NCBI GenBank assembly: GCA_965222615.1
Contig: CBDCUI010000008.1
Location: 608,001 to 672,000 of the forward strand
DNA: 64,000 bases
Source of the DNA: Gammaproteobacteria bacterium
Lineage (GTDB): Bacteria; Pseudomonadota; Gammaproteobacteria; UBA4575
Direction: 5' to 3'
The position numbers were made by a program, and so were the translations under genes. Under the pieces are notes generated by a model. It did no database searches. It was not told where the DNA came from and was given only the letters and a program-made list of their open reading frames with translations. How positions within the stretch are numbered: position 1 is the first letter of the stretch; every line of letters starts with the position of its first letter. Positions 31,899 to 42,205 of the stretch are shown here, piece after piece.

Positions 31899-32708
31899 TT
31901 AAGCTAGTTTACCTCCTGCACGCCGGACTATTACTCTGCGTGCAGGGTCGTAACCATAAATGGCGAGTCCTAAGAAAATAATTGTGGTAGTACTTACCCA
32001 AATTAGTGCCGTCACATTTAATTGACCATAAAGGGCAAAGCGTATGAGTTCTACCGCATGCGTGAAAGGATTGAAGTAAGCAATATTGTGCAACATCACG
32101 CTGGCTTCTTTTACACGCCAGAGAGGGTAAAGGGCTGATGATGTGAAAAACATCGGAAAGATTACAAAATTCATAATTCCAGCAAAATTTTCAAGCTGAC
32201 GAATCATGGAAGATAAAAATAATCCAAGTGAGCCCAACATCAGTCCAGTGAGAAGCAGAGCGGGTAATAATGTTAGATAACCAATGGTGGGAGGTCTAAC
32301 GTCCCAAAACCATGCGATTAACAAGAAGGCGTATACCTGAAAGATAGAAATCATAGCGCCAGCCAGTAGTTTACTTACCAGCAAAAACCATCGAGGTAAT
32401 GGACTCATTAACAAAATACGCATGCTTCCCATTTCACGGTCGTACACCATAGATAATGATGTTTGCATGCCACTAAATAATTGCACCATGCCTACCAGTC
32501 CAGGTGTAATGTATTCTTCATACAGCACATAGGTTTCATAGGGTGGGATGATTGAAACTCCCAGTACGGAACGAAAACCTGCGGCAAAAATAAATAACCA
32601 CACTAATGGGCGGACTAGCGCTGCAATAAAACGCTCACGTTGTTGTAGGAATCGTAAGGTTTCGCGCCAGACAATGCCTTTAAAACAATTTAAATATTCC
32701 ATTAACAT
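31899..32708 (-). CDS. ABC-2 permease of PQQ/lanthanide system (PedC/LutF-like)
   Basis: SLSMVYDREMGSMRILL, QLENFAGIMNFVIFPMFF. Confidence 0.88.
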   Translation of the reverse strand: MLMEYLNCFKGIVWRETLRFLQQRERFIAALVRPLVWLFIFAAGFRSVLGVSIIPPYETYVLYEEYITPGLVGMVQLFSGMQTSLSMVYDREMGSMRILLMSPLPRWFLLVSKLLAGAMISIFQVYAFLLIAWFWDVRPPTIGYLTLLPALLLTGLMLGSLGLFLSSMIRQLENFAGIMNFVIFPMFFTSSALYPLWRVKEASVMLHNIAYFNPFTHAVELIRFALYGQLNVTALIWVSTTTIIFLGLAIYGYDPARRVIVRRAGGKLA

Positions 32709-32713
32709 AGCTT

Positions 32714-33451
32714 TTATGAAAGCAAAGATTGAAAAGTATTTTTCATGGTTTCAAAATCACTTGCCCCTGCAATTTTGCTTGCACGATTTTGTTGAATGAT
32801 GTTGCCTTTTTTTAATATAACTACAGTGTCATCTGCATCTACTTCGTCAATCAAATGTGTGGTCCAGAGAACAGCTAAATTGTTTTGTCTGCATAAATTG
32901 CGCACATGTTGTAAAATTTGCTCTCTACTGTTGATATCTAAACCAACTGTAGGCTCATCAAGAATAAGTAGAGTGGGCTTTGACATCAATGCGCGCGCAA
33001 TTTCAACACGACGAGTTTGTCCACCGCTTAGCTTACGAATTTTATAATCATTATATTCCAGCATATTAAGGCGTTTTAACTCTTGATGCGATCGCTCTTT
33101 AATTAATTTTTTAGAAAACCCATGCAGCGTTGCAGAGTATTTAAGATTTTGTTCCACAGTAAGATCCACATCCAACGCGCGCTGTTGAAATACAACGCCT
33201 AAATGTCGTAAAGCTTTGGATGGTTGCTTTCTTAATTCGAAACCATTTATGCGTATGGAACCATGGCGATTGTTATAGAGTCTCGTAACCAAAGAAAACA
33301 AAGTTGTTTTCCCAGCACCGTTAGGCCCAAGCAAAACAACGAATTGCCCTTGTTGAATTGTGAGCTCTATATTATTTAATGCTTGAAATTTCCCATAAAA
33401 ATGACTCAGCTCATGAATTTCAAGTGCTGGATTTGAATCTTGAATTTGCAC
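32714..33451 (-). CDS. ABC ATP-binding protein (PedB/LutE-like)
   Basis: GPNGAGKTTLFSL, LSGGQTRR, LDEPTVGLD, LWTTHL. Confidence 0.9.
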   Translation of the reverse strand: MQIQDSNPALEIHELSHFYGKFQALNNIELTIQQGQFVVLLGPNGAGKTTLFSLVTRLYNNRHGSIRINGFELRKQPSKALRHLGVVFQQRALDVDLTVEQNLKYSATLHGFSKKLIKERSHQELKRLNMLEYNDYKIRKLSGGQTRRVEIARALMSKPTLLILDEPTVGLDINSREQILQHVRNLCRQNNLAVLWTTHLIDEVDADDTVVILKKGNIIQQNRASKIAGASDFETMKNTFQSLLS

Positions 33452-33597
33452 AATTTTATAAAGCTATAAAGGGCTCTGATTTAATAATGACATGCCTGAA
33501 ACGAGGCAAAAAATACCGAAAAAGCGGAGTGTATAGGCAAATACATAAGCATTTTGAGATATTTTTTAACGAAGTGTCAGGTTAAATCAGAGTTCCC

Positions 33598-34560
33598 TTA
33601 ATTGCGGACGGTTACGCCCCATGGATATCTCCCAACTGCAATCGATTTAAGTACTTTGAGTTTTTTGGTATCGATTACGGATACATCATTACTGACACCG
33701 TTTGTAGTATATAACTTGGATTGATCTGCATTAAATGCAAGTTGCCATACACGCTGGCCCACTAATAAATATTTTTCTACATCATAGGTTTTTGTGTTGA
33801 TTACTGCGACACGATTAGAAGGGCCAAGTGCTATAAATGCCCATTTTTCATCATCGGTTATCGCGATGCCCACGGGTTGAATGGATTCTGCACGAATGCC
33901 TTGTATCTCAAAGGTAATTTTTTTAATAATTTCATGAGTGGTTGTATCAATTACACTTACTGTGCCACCGACCTCTGAGGAAACCCAGACCTTATCCCCA
34001 GATTTTGTGAATTCCGCAAAACGAGGGCGAGAGTCCACTAATACATTAGCAATTACTTCGTACGTTTCTGTATCAATAAAATGAGCCATGTTAGTTGTTT
34101 CAGAAGTATTTACTAAAGTCTTTCCATCTGGGCTGATACCCATACCTTCTGGTTCAACACCCACGGGTATTTCTGTTTTAATTAATTTCTTTTCAAGGTT
34201 TACCACAGTTACCGTATTGTCGTCTTCGTTTGAAACAAAAAGTAGATCTCCATTAGGATTGATTATCATTAGTTCTGGATCGGGTCCAGAAGGGAGAATG
34301 CCAACTTTTTTGTTGGTATCCATATCAAAGACTTCGATATGATCATCGTCACTTGTGCAGATATACAGTAGCTTGTTATTTTTACCAATCGCAATTCCTC
34401 GTGGTCGTTGGCCTATTTTGATTGTTTCGGTCACTTCGAGTGAGTCGCCATCAACGATGCTGAGAGTATTATCTTTTTCATTCGTTATATAAATTGTTTC
34501 TGCTTGAGAGCAATGCATGACAACAAAAAATACTAATATGATGTTGTTAAAAAATTTCAT
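33598..34560 (-). CDS. PQQ-catabolism-associated YVTN beta-propeller (LutB/PedA-like)
   Basis: ITNEKDN, GQRPRG, LPSGPDPE, GVEPEGM, TSETTNMAHFID, GRYPWGV. Confidence 0.88.
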   Translation of the reverse strand: MKFFNNIILVFFVVMHCSQAETIYITNEKDNTLSIVDGDSLEVTETIKIGQRPRGIAIGKNNKLLYICTSDDDHIEVFDMDTNKKVGILPSGPDPELMIINPNGDLLFVSNEDDNTVTVVNLEKKLIKTEIPVGVEPEGMGISPDGKTLVNTSETTNMAHFIDTETYEVIANVLVDSRPRFAEFTKSGDKVWVSSEVGGTVSVIDTTTHEIIKKITFEIQGIRAESIQPVGIAITDDEKWAFIALGPSNRVAVINTKTYDVEKYLLVGQRVWQLAFNADQSKLYTTNGVSNDVSVIDTKKLKVLKSIAVGRYPWGVTVRN

Positions 34561-34580
34561 AAATAAAACCCAAGATTAAA

Positions 34581-35789
34581 TTAAGGTTGCAATGTGCACT
34601 TAGTTTCAGATTTATCATAACCTAACGTATCTAATTGTGAACGTTGATGTAGAAATTGTGTTTGTGGGGAAACCGTAACCATCGAATTTGCCCAGGCAAG
34701 CAGTATGGGTTGACGCAATTGACCATTCCAAGAACGAAAAGTCATCTTTTGTCCTTTGTATCCTGCGAGCTCAAATTTATCGCTTTTCAAATATTCGCCC
34801 ATCGTTTTAGCGTCTACTGATTGCGTGCGTGTAGCGGCTTCACCGACAGCACGTACAGCAGACCATACGTTGAATTCCATTTCTGAAGGATAATGGTTGT
34901 AGTTTTTTGTAAATCGACTTTGTAATTGAGCGGCACCCCATCTTTCATGTGTACGGTGCCAAGAAACTGGTATAAGTCCTTGGGTTCCTGCGACAATTTT
35001 GGGTTCCCAAGTTCGATACAATAAATACTCTCCGAATTCTCCAATAACGTCGGCTACAATAAGCACATCGTAATCAATTTTTTGAGTAAACACAGGAACA
35101 TCAGCTTGGGCTGTTCGTCGAGCATCTGGGCCATAATCCCAAACTTTCTCTTTAACGACTTTTCCTCCAAATTTTTTTGCAGAATAGTGAACTGCATCAG
35201 CAAATCCCCGATCTGATTGGCGACGCCCTACAATTAGAAACCATTTTTTCCAATTTTTGGTAACTAAATATTGTGCGAGTGCATCGGCTTTCATAGCATA
35301 GCTTGGTACAAGGTGAAAAATATTGGGGCGACAGTCTTGTGTTCGTAATGAGTTATCACTAGCACCGACATTATAAAACCATGCTTGTTTTCCATTGGTA
35401 CTGTCAGCAAGCATTAACAGAGTTTGAGGTGTAAGGTCAGTTATGAAGTGTCGAACGCCTTGTGAGTATAGTTCTTCAAATGCAGTGGTAGGGTTTTGTT
35501 CGATATCAAGGATGGTTGGATGAAATGTAAAGTGTTGATTTAAAAATTTACCAGTACCATTAACATCCATAACACCCTGCTCACCACCTAAAACTCCGTC
35601 ATCATCAGGAAGTATTTCTAGATTAGATAACTTAGGCAATTTTTCTTGTATTTGCTTTATGAAACCAATTTTCACAGTCGCTATCTGATCTTCTGCTGTT
35701 GTAGACGAAGTATAGGAAAGAAAGGTTAATGCCAATACTCCAACTAGCATAATTTGTACTGAGAATTTTCGTGGCTGATTGATTAACAT
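34581..35789 (-). CDS. ABC substrate-binding protein of PQQ/lanthanide system (LutA-like)
   Basis: MKADALAQYL..K.W, WHRTHERWGAAQLQSRF, FRSWNGQLRQPI, LDTLGYD; start uncertain. Confidence 0.85.
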   Translation of the reverse strand: MLINQPRKFSVQIMLVGVLALTFLSYTSSTTAEDQIATVKIGFIKQIQEKLPKLSNLEILPDDDGVLGGEQGVMDVNGTGKFLNQHFTFHPTILDIEQNPTTAFEELYSQGVRHFITDLTPQTLLMLADSTNGKQAWFYNVGASDNSLRTQDCRPNIFHLVPSYAMKADALAQYLVTKNWKKWFLIVGRRQSDRGFADAVHYSAKKFGGKVVKEKVWDYGPDARRTAQADVPVFTQKIDYDVLIVADVIGEFGEYLLYRTWEPKIVAGTQGLIPVSWHRTHERWGAAQLQSRFTKNYNHYPSEMEFNVWSAVRAVGEAATRTQSVDAKTMGEYLKSDKFELAGYKGQKMTFRSWNGQLRQPILLAWANSMVTVSPQTQFLHQRSQLDTLGYDKSETKCTLQP

Positions 35790-35820
35790 GGTAACTAGAG
35801 TGTTGGTATTGAAATAGGAA

Positions 35821-36426
35821 TTACACCTTATACGTATCTTTAAACCAAATGTCATGCAATGGTTTTCGTGGTGATGGAATTTCTTTATTTTTAAAATCGT
35901 CAGCAAGTTTTTCCGGACTATCTATAGCACCTATTACAAACCCACATTGAATAGTGGACTCATTTTCATCTATATCAAGCACTGTATAACAGGCACTGCG
36001 ATCAATTCCGGCCATAGCATGAGTGTACAAACCAAATTTTCGTGTCTGTAAAGTCATTGCCATCCAGGCTGCTCCACTATCAAATGCTGCCATGTTGTTT
36101 TTACGCGCAGCATGATCGAATTCATTTTTGCTAAATATAAAACCAATCAAACTTGCGTTTTTTGCCCACAATTGATTTTTTTCCGAGAGAAGCAACAAAA
36201 ATCTCGAAAAAAAAGGCTCATTGGTTGCAGTAATGAATCGCCATGGCTGTGCATTAAAACATGATGGAGACCAACGAGCTGCATCAAAAATGGATTCATA
36301 TATATGTTCTGCAATTTCTACTTTTTTAAATGATCTGGGTGACCATCTTGTATAAAATATTTCATCTACATTGGCGTGTGGATTGCGCTGGCTGAAATCG
36401 ACCGAACAATCAGAATCATGCTCCAC
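35821..36426 (-). CDS. Nitroreductase family protein
   Basis: RWSPRSF, AARWSPSCFNAQPWRF, THAMAG. Confidence 0.9.
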   Translation of the reverse strand: MEHDSDCSVDFSQRNPHANVDEIFYTRWSPRSFKKVEIAEHIYESIFDAARWSPSCFNAQPWRFITATNEPFFSRFLLLLSEKNQLWAKNASLIGFIFSKNEFDHAARKNNMAAFDSGAAWMAMTLQTRKFGLYTHAMAGIDRSACYTVLDIDENESTIQCGFVIGAIDSPEKLADDFKNKEIPSPRKPLHDIWFKDTYKV

Positions 36427-36594
36427 GTTAATTACCTTTATAAAATTGTTGAAATTGTTGACCGCTTATTTAACTTTTATTAAAAATTTTGTATTAATAT
36501 TAGATGTATTATTTTATTAATTAGTTCTTCTTGTAGGAACAGAAATTATAAAATCTTACTCAATAATTATCATAATAAATAATCAATTCATATT

Positions 36595-37371
36595 GTGCGT
36601 CGATTAGATACATATCCAGTTCATTACCTACTGTTGCAATGGATATTATTTACAACAGCGTTGCTATTTGTTTTGTATCTTGCATGGAGTTACGATTTTT
36701 TTAAATTAGTGTTTGAAAGTGACCCAACACGAATTTCTATCGTCATTAGTTTGATTTTTTTAGGTGGCACGATCCATTGTGCATTACGTGCTTGGTTTTT
36801 ATCGGGTCAGCTGAACGAAATTTTGCACATTGCTCAAGTAGGAGAAAATGTAAAAATATCAGTTGTGCAGGATCAATTATCTGTGAATGATAAAACTATA
36901 AATGATTCATTGGTTGCAAAATTTTTACTGGATTCCTTGAAGAATGGTCAGATGTCGCAGTCGAGTGGGGAACAAAAAATTTCTTCAGAGTTGGTTGATA
37001 TTCTTAGTGAACAAGCAAGTGGTCCACACGAAACAGGCTGGTTTTTTGTGCATTTACTGATCAAGCTCGGACTGCTTGGCACAGTGGTTGGATTTGTGCT
37101 AATGCTAACTTCATTCTCAGATATTAACTCGATTGAATATTCAGATCTTCAGGACATGATAAGCAATATGGCAACAGGAATGGGTGTTGCCTTGACTACA
37201 ACATTAGTAGGGCTTGTTACAAGTATGTTGCTGGGTTTTCAATATTTAATGTTAGATCGTGGGGCAGATCGATTAGTCAGTATGGCGGTGCGTTTTGCCA
37301 ACATTAGTTTGCGTAATAATACTAGGGAGGAAGTCATAAATGGCGATTCGACGACCTCGAAGGAGTGTTGA
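36595..37371 (+). CDS. MotA/TolQ/ExbB-family membrane protein (atypical)
   Basis: KLGLLGTVVGFVLML and GMGVALTTTLVGL; four TM segments. Confidence 0.8.
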   Translation: MRRLDTYPVHYLLLQWILFTTALLFVLYLAWSYDFFKLVFESDPTRISIVISLIFLGGTIHCALRAWFLSGQLNEILHIAQVGENVKISVVQDQLSVNDKTINDSLVAKFLLDSLKNGQMSQSSGEQKISSELVDILSEQASGPHETGWFFVHLLIKLGLLGTVVGFVLMLTSFSDINSIEYSDLQDMISNMATGMGVALTTTLVGLVTSMLLGFQYLMLDRGADRLVSMAVRFANISLRNNTREEVINGDSTTSKEC

Positions 37372-37948
37372 GCAAGACCCTTTTACTGATTTGCTATTTA
37401 ATGTGTTAATAGCATTTACTTTGCTTTTCTTTGTGGTGGTTATATTTATTCATCCACCAGCAAAAGAAGGGATCATTGATCCCAAGGCTGAATTTATAAT
37501 TACAACAAAATGGCCAGACTTTAGCCCAGATGATGTCGATACTTGGGTAGAGGATCCTGCCGGTAGTTTGATTTGGTTCCGTAACCCTGAGGCTGGTTTC
37601 ATGCACTTGGATCGTGATGATCGGGGTATGTCTAATGACACAATATTAGTCAACGGAAGCGAGGTTGTTAATCCATTAAATCAAGAAGTGGTGACTATAC
37701 GCAGCTTTGTGCCAGGGGAGTATATTGTGAATTTACATTACTACAAGTCTGGAAGTGATAAACCCATTAATGCTGAGGTTAGAGTAGTAAAAGTTAATCC
37801 AAAGCTTGAGGTTGTTTATTATGGTACGTTGGTACTAAATAAAGTGGGTGCCGAGAAAACAGCGGTGAGGTTTTATGTAACCAGACAAGGTACAGTAAAA
37901 AATGTTAGTACATTGCAAAAAAGTATTGTTACGTTGCAAACGAAATGA
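37340..37948 (+). CDS. Single-TM partner with TM Asp (MotB/ExbD-like) and periplasmic domain
   Basis: DPFTDLLFN TM; DDVDTWVEDP..HLDRDDRG..GEYIVNLHYY. Confidence 0.7.
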   Translation: MAIRRPRRSVEQDPFTDLLFNVLIAFTLLFFVVVIFIHPPAKEGIIDPKAEFIITTKWPDFSPDDVDTWVEDPAGSLIWFRNPEAGFMHLDRDDRGMSNDTILVNGSEVVNPLNQEVVTIRSFVPGEYIVNLHYYKSGSDKPINAEVRVVKVNPKLEVVYYGTLVLNKVGAEKTAVRFYVTRQGTVKNVSTLQKSIVTLQTK

Positions 37949-38457
37949 ATGAATCAATTTTATTTTTAGCTATAACTTACGCGGCTCTAGCAATTTTATT
38001 ATTAGGATTGTTTATTTATTCGACGGCGCCTTTTTGGGTGAAAGCTGCGAGTATTTTATTAGTTGGTAGTTTTTTCTTTGTTACACATCACTCTTTAAAC
38101 GGTATGTTAGGTTGGCCAACAAAAAGGGAACTGCCAGAAAAATTTTTAATGATTGCGTCTAGAGTAATTGAACCTGATAAAAAAAGTAAGGCAATGGGGG
38201 ATATTTATATCTGGGCAGCTGCAATTAATGCAGGTGAACCAAATGAAGAGCCGCGAGCATACCACTTGACCTATACTCCTGAGTTGCACGAAGAATTGGA
38301 AAAAGCAGGGTGGCGTATGCGTAGAGGTGTAGTCCAAGTAGGGCATATTGAAAAAATAGAAACACCGAATGAAGTAAGAGATGATCAGCGTACTATTCAG
38401 CAGGTTGACAAGATCGTAATTTACGATTTACCGGATCCGCAGTTACCAGAAAAGTAA
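37945..38457 (+). CDS. Membrane hypothetical protein
   Basis: Two TM segments then LGWP..EP..IYIW..PRAY; ATGA overlap with upstream gene. Confidence 0.7.
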   Translation: MNESILFLAITYAALAILLLGLFIYSTAPFWVKAASILLVGSFFFVTHHSLNGMLGWPTKRELPEKFLMIASRVIEPDKKSKAMGDIYIWAAAINAGEPNEEPRAYHLTYTPELHEELEKAGWRMRRGVVQVGHIEKIETPNEVRDDQRTIQQVDKIVIYDLPDPQLPEK

Positions 38458-38462
38458 AATTA

Positions 38463-39170
38463 ATGCTTCCAAATTGTATAGCTCGTTTAATTCTTGTAGT
38501 TTTAAGCGCTGTTTTCATTAGTTCTTGTGATGAGAGCTCAGATGTTTATTTCCCTTTAAAGAAAGGACTGAAATGGCATTATGAAATTACAAAAGACACA
38601 CCGCATTACAATAAAACTGAATATCTGGCGATTGAAAATATTGGTAAAAAATACATAGACGGAAAAGATATCTTTATCCGTCGAACCAGCTTGGGCACGG
38701 ATTACTATCTTTTAGAGCAGGAGGGAAATGTGGTACGAGTTGCAAAACGTACAGCTGTTGAACTTCGTCCAAGGTTTGATGAAGAAGTACGTTATGTATT
38801 AAAGAGCCCACATTTGCCGGGTACTAGCTGGACTTATGCCGGACGCCCCTATCTACTGGATCGACCATTTCCGACGGATTATGAATTGCAACGAATAGTC
38901 AATTTTCCCATGACCTACAAAATTATTTCTACTGGTGAAGAGGTGCAGACCAAGGCAGGATTGTTTAAAAATTGTTTACATATTCAGGGTGAGGCAACCG
39001 TGGACATAGGAAGAATTTTGACTATTACTCGTGATGAGGTGAAATTTACAACAAATGAATGGTATGCTCCTGGCGTAGGGTTGGTGAAATTAACAAGAAT
39101 TGAGGATGTTGACTCCAAGCACGCTTATGGCGGCGCTATAAAGATGGATTTAGTTGAATTTACAAAATAG
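38463..39170 (+). CDS. Lipoprotein, hypothetical
   Basis: FISSC lipobox-like; YFPL..G.KW.Y, V.TKAG.F..C, WYAPGVGLVK. Confidence 0.75.
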   Translation: MLPNCIARLILVVLSAVFISSCDESSDVYFPLKKGLKWHYEITKDTPHYNKTEYLAIENIGKKYIDGKDIFIRRTSLGTDYYLLEQEGNVVRVAKRTAVELRPRFDEEVRYVLKSPHLPGTSWTYAGRPYLLDRPFPTDYELQRIVNFPMTYKIISTGEEVQTKAGLFKNCLHIQGEATVDIGRILTITRDEVKFTTNEWYAPGVGLVKLTRIEDVDSKHAYGGAIKMDLVEFTK

Positions 39171-39199
39171 CCTATCTAGGTGATTCATATTGGCTGAAT

Positions 39200-39241
39200 T
39201 CATATTATAATCCCGCGCGCTGACAGTATTGCTCTTTACCC
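39200..39241 (+). promoter_or_regulatory. rrn-type promoter (-10 box, GC discriminator) and boxA-like site
   Basis: TATAAT 39206-39211, CCCGCGCGC, then TTGCTCTTTACC. Confidence 0.6.
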
Positions 39242-39603
39242 GATATCAAATGTAAAATAATGGGTTCCCTGAAACGATAGTGGGCCCACTGGTTGCTTTT
39301 CGTCGAATGGATCAATACTAAAGCAGTATATAAGCAGGGAAAATCTCGAGACTGGAAGAGTTTATGGGTTAAGAGTAAGGCCTAGAAATGGCCATGGGTT
39401 TAAGGGCGCAAAATGACCTTGGCTCGATATGAGGTCGTGAAACGCCAAAAAATGGAAAAGTTGGGTGAGGTCGGAAACCGACCGAGAAGAATTTGAAAAG
39501 CAGGAGTGTTTAACTTCTGCAGAGTGATAGGCCTAATTTTTTAACATGGCCGATCGTGCTAAGCCCTAGTTGGGTGTTTAGTTTGATTAATGTGCGAAAT
39601 TTT

Positions 39604-39680
<77 letters not shown>

Positions 39681-39844
39681 ATTGTTTAGAACGAGAAATT
39701 TTTCTCGAGTCAGGTAAGTGAATACGTAGGATATTTTGTTTAGTAGTAGGCGCGGAATTTGAGAACGAGGGAGCATACTTAAGTGTATGTGACCGAAGCG
39801 AGCAAATTTTGCAACAACCTAATAAACAAAATAGACAAGTAGAA

Positions 39845-39883
39845 GGGTCTGTAGCTTGTTGGTTAAAGCGCACCCCTAAAGGT
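39845..39883 (+). pseudogene. Truncated degenerate tRNA-Ile copy
   Basis: GGGTCTGTAGCTTGTTGGTTAAAGCGCACCCCTAAAGGT lacks anticodon and T arm; followed by a copy of the downstream TTAGAACGAGA spacer. Confidence 0.8.
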
Positions 39884-40082
39884 AACTGCTTAGAACGAGA
39901 CATTTGAACTAGGCGGATGCTGAGAATATTTTGTTTGGTAAACAAAATAGGCCAGCAGAGAATCGCGCAGGAATTTTTCCGCTTAGCTAGGCGTATTTTT
40001 CGTGAACGAAGGAGCATATAAGACATATGTGACTGAAGTGAACGAAAAATACGCCTAGCTAAGCGGAAAAATAACAAGCGAC

Positions 40083-40158
40083 GGGGCCATAGCTCAGCTG
40101 GGAGAGCGCCTGCTTTGCACGCAGGAGGTCGGCGGTTCGATCCCGCCTGGCTCCACCA
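40083..40158 (+). tRNA. tRNA-Ala(TGC)
   Basis: GGGGCCATAGCTCAGCTGGGAGAGCGCCTGCTTTGCACGCAGG..GTTCGATC..ACCA. Confidence 0.98.
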
Positions 40159-40464
40159 ACTAAAGGATGGTGAAGATCGATTAGTGCTAATTGTTTTTCA
40201 GGAAGAATAATTAGCACTGATTGTTCAGTACTCTGGAATACATGTTCAGAGCGTTTTTTAAAAATTTGGAAATCAACTAGGCGATAGATAAATCACTAAA
40301 AAGTTTTATCTCAAGTTTTGTCGTTTATTCAGACATAATAAACTCGCTGTTAATTTTTTAGTTAGCCAAACACACTAATTAAGTTAACAACACTCGGTTG
40401 TAAAAATTTCTAAGCTTCACAAAAGGTGTTAGAAATTAAATCGGGAAAACTGAGACTTATTGCG

Positions 40465-40585
40465 ACGAGATTTTTCGTGAGCGTTAGGCGCAAGCTTTGT
40501 GAAAAGCGCAGTGTACCTGATGGTACATGAGCATTTGAGCAAAGGTTGTAACAAAGCGATCGCGGAAAAGATCAAGTAAGAAAAG
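40465..40585. repeat. RPE-like palindromic element in spacer (related to MITE at 22453)
   Basis: TTAGGCG..GAAAAGCGCAGTGTAC..GTACATGAGCATTTGAG..AACAAAGC..GCGGAAAAGAT shared with 22485-22577. Confidence 0.7.
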
Positions 40586-41643
40586 CAGTTTGTTTGAGGT
40601 TATATGGTCAAGTGAATAAGTGCATACGGTGGATGCCTAGGCGGTAGAAGGCGATGAAGGACGTGGTAGTCTGCGATAAGCCTCGGTTAGCTGACAAACT
40701 AGCGTTTACCCGAGGATGTCCGAATGGGGAAACCCGATCACTTCGGTGGTCATCGCTATCTGAATTCATAGGATAGTGAAGCGAACTCGGGGAACTGAAA
40801 CATCTAAGTACCCGAAGGAAAAGAAATCAACCGATATTCCCTTAGTAGCGGCGAGCGAACGGGGAGTAGCCCTTAAGCTTGTTGCTTGCTAGTAGAACAC
40901 TCTGGAAAGTGTGGCCAAAGACGGTGATAGCCCGGTATACAAAAGCACGGATCAAGTAAATTCGAGTAGGACGGGACACGTGAAATCTTGTCTGAATATG
41001 GGGGGACCATCCTCCAAGGCTAAATACTCTCTACCGACCGATAGCGAACTAGTACCGTGAGGGAAAAGTGAAAAGAACCCCGGTGAGGGGAGTGAAATAG
41101 AACCTGAAACCGTATGCATACAAGCAGTGGGAGCCTGTCTTTGGATGGGTGACTGCGTACCTTTTGTATAATGGGTCAGCGACTTACTTTCAGTGGCGAG
41201 CTTAACCGCATAGGGAAGGCGTAGGGAAACCGAGTCTTAATTGGGCGAATCAGTCGCTGGGAGTAGACCCGAAACCGGGCGATCTATCCATGGTCAGGGT
41301 GAAGGTAGGGTAACACCTGCTGGAGGCCCGAACCGGGTAATGTTGAAAAATTATCGGATGAACTGTGGATAGGAGTGAAAGGCTAATCAAGCTCGGAGAT
41401 AGCTGGTTCTCCTCGAAAGCTATTTAGGTAGCGCCTCGTGTCTAACTCTAGGGGGTAGAGCACTGTTATGGCTAGGGGGTCATCCCGACTTACCAAACCA
41501 TTGCAAACTCCGAATACCTAGAAGTTCAATCACGGGAGACACACTGCGGGTGCTAACGTCCGTAGTGGAAAGGGAAACAACCCAGACCGCCAGTTAAGGT
41601 CCCCAAATCACAGCTCAGTGGGAAACGATGTGAGAAGGCTAAA

Positions 41644-41705
<62 letters not shown>

Positions 41706-41760
41706 GAGTCGGCCTGCGCGGAAGATTTACCGGGGCTAAGCTGTGTACCGAAACTGCGGG

Positions 41761-42205
41761 TTCAGAAGACAGATTACAGAGGACTGAAGACAAATGAAGA
41801 AAGTGATTAAACAAGTTGAAGACTTAGAAGTTTTTCAAAAAGCGTATAAATTGTCATTGGAATTGCATGGTGCAAGTTTGGGCTTTCCAAAACATGAACA
41901 ATATCATGGCATTGCAGATCAAATACGCAGAGCAAGTGAAGGCATTTGCGCCAATCTTGCAGAAGGTTTTGGGAAACAAAGTTATTCAAAAGTTGAATTT
42001 AAACGTTTCATAGCAATGGCAATTGGTTCGGCAGATGAAATTAGGTTATGGCTAAGTTATTGCAATGACCTTAAATATTTAACTGAATCTGAAGTTAGAA
42101 ACTATAGAAACGAATACCAAACCATTGCAAAAATGCTTTCAGGTTTGCATAAAGTTTGGAACTAATCATATTCTGAGTTCCGTTTTCTGTAATCTGTCTT
42201 CTGGA
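41761..42205 (+). mobile_element. Intervening sequence (IVS) in 23S helix 45
   Basis: Lies between ACCGAAACTGCGGG and GGTAGAGGAGCG; perfect 18-bp stem 41763-41780 / 42186-42203 encloses an ORF. Confidence 0.92.
41794..42165 (+). CDS. Four-helix-bundle 23S rRNA IVS protein (S23/IVP family)
   Basis: EDLEVFQKA..FPKHEQY..DQIRRAS..ICANLAEG..F.RFI..A.GS..E. Confidence 0.93.
   Translation: MKKVIKQVEDLEVFQKAYKLSLELHGASLGFPKHEQYHGIADQIRRASEGICANLAEGFGKQSYSKVEFKRFIAMAIGSADEIRLWLSYCNDLKYLTESEVRNYRNEYQTIAKMLSGLHKVWN

Noticed and set aside
36595-37948. Zorya ZorAB or flagellar stator
   Set aside because: No long ZorA tail, no OmpA-like domain, no zorC/D/E or flagellar genes
41794-42165. Diversity-generating retroelement (Avd-like gene)
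   Set aside because: No reverse transcriptase or TR/VR pair in the window
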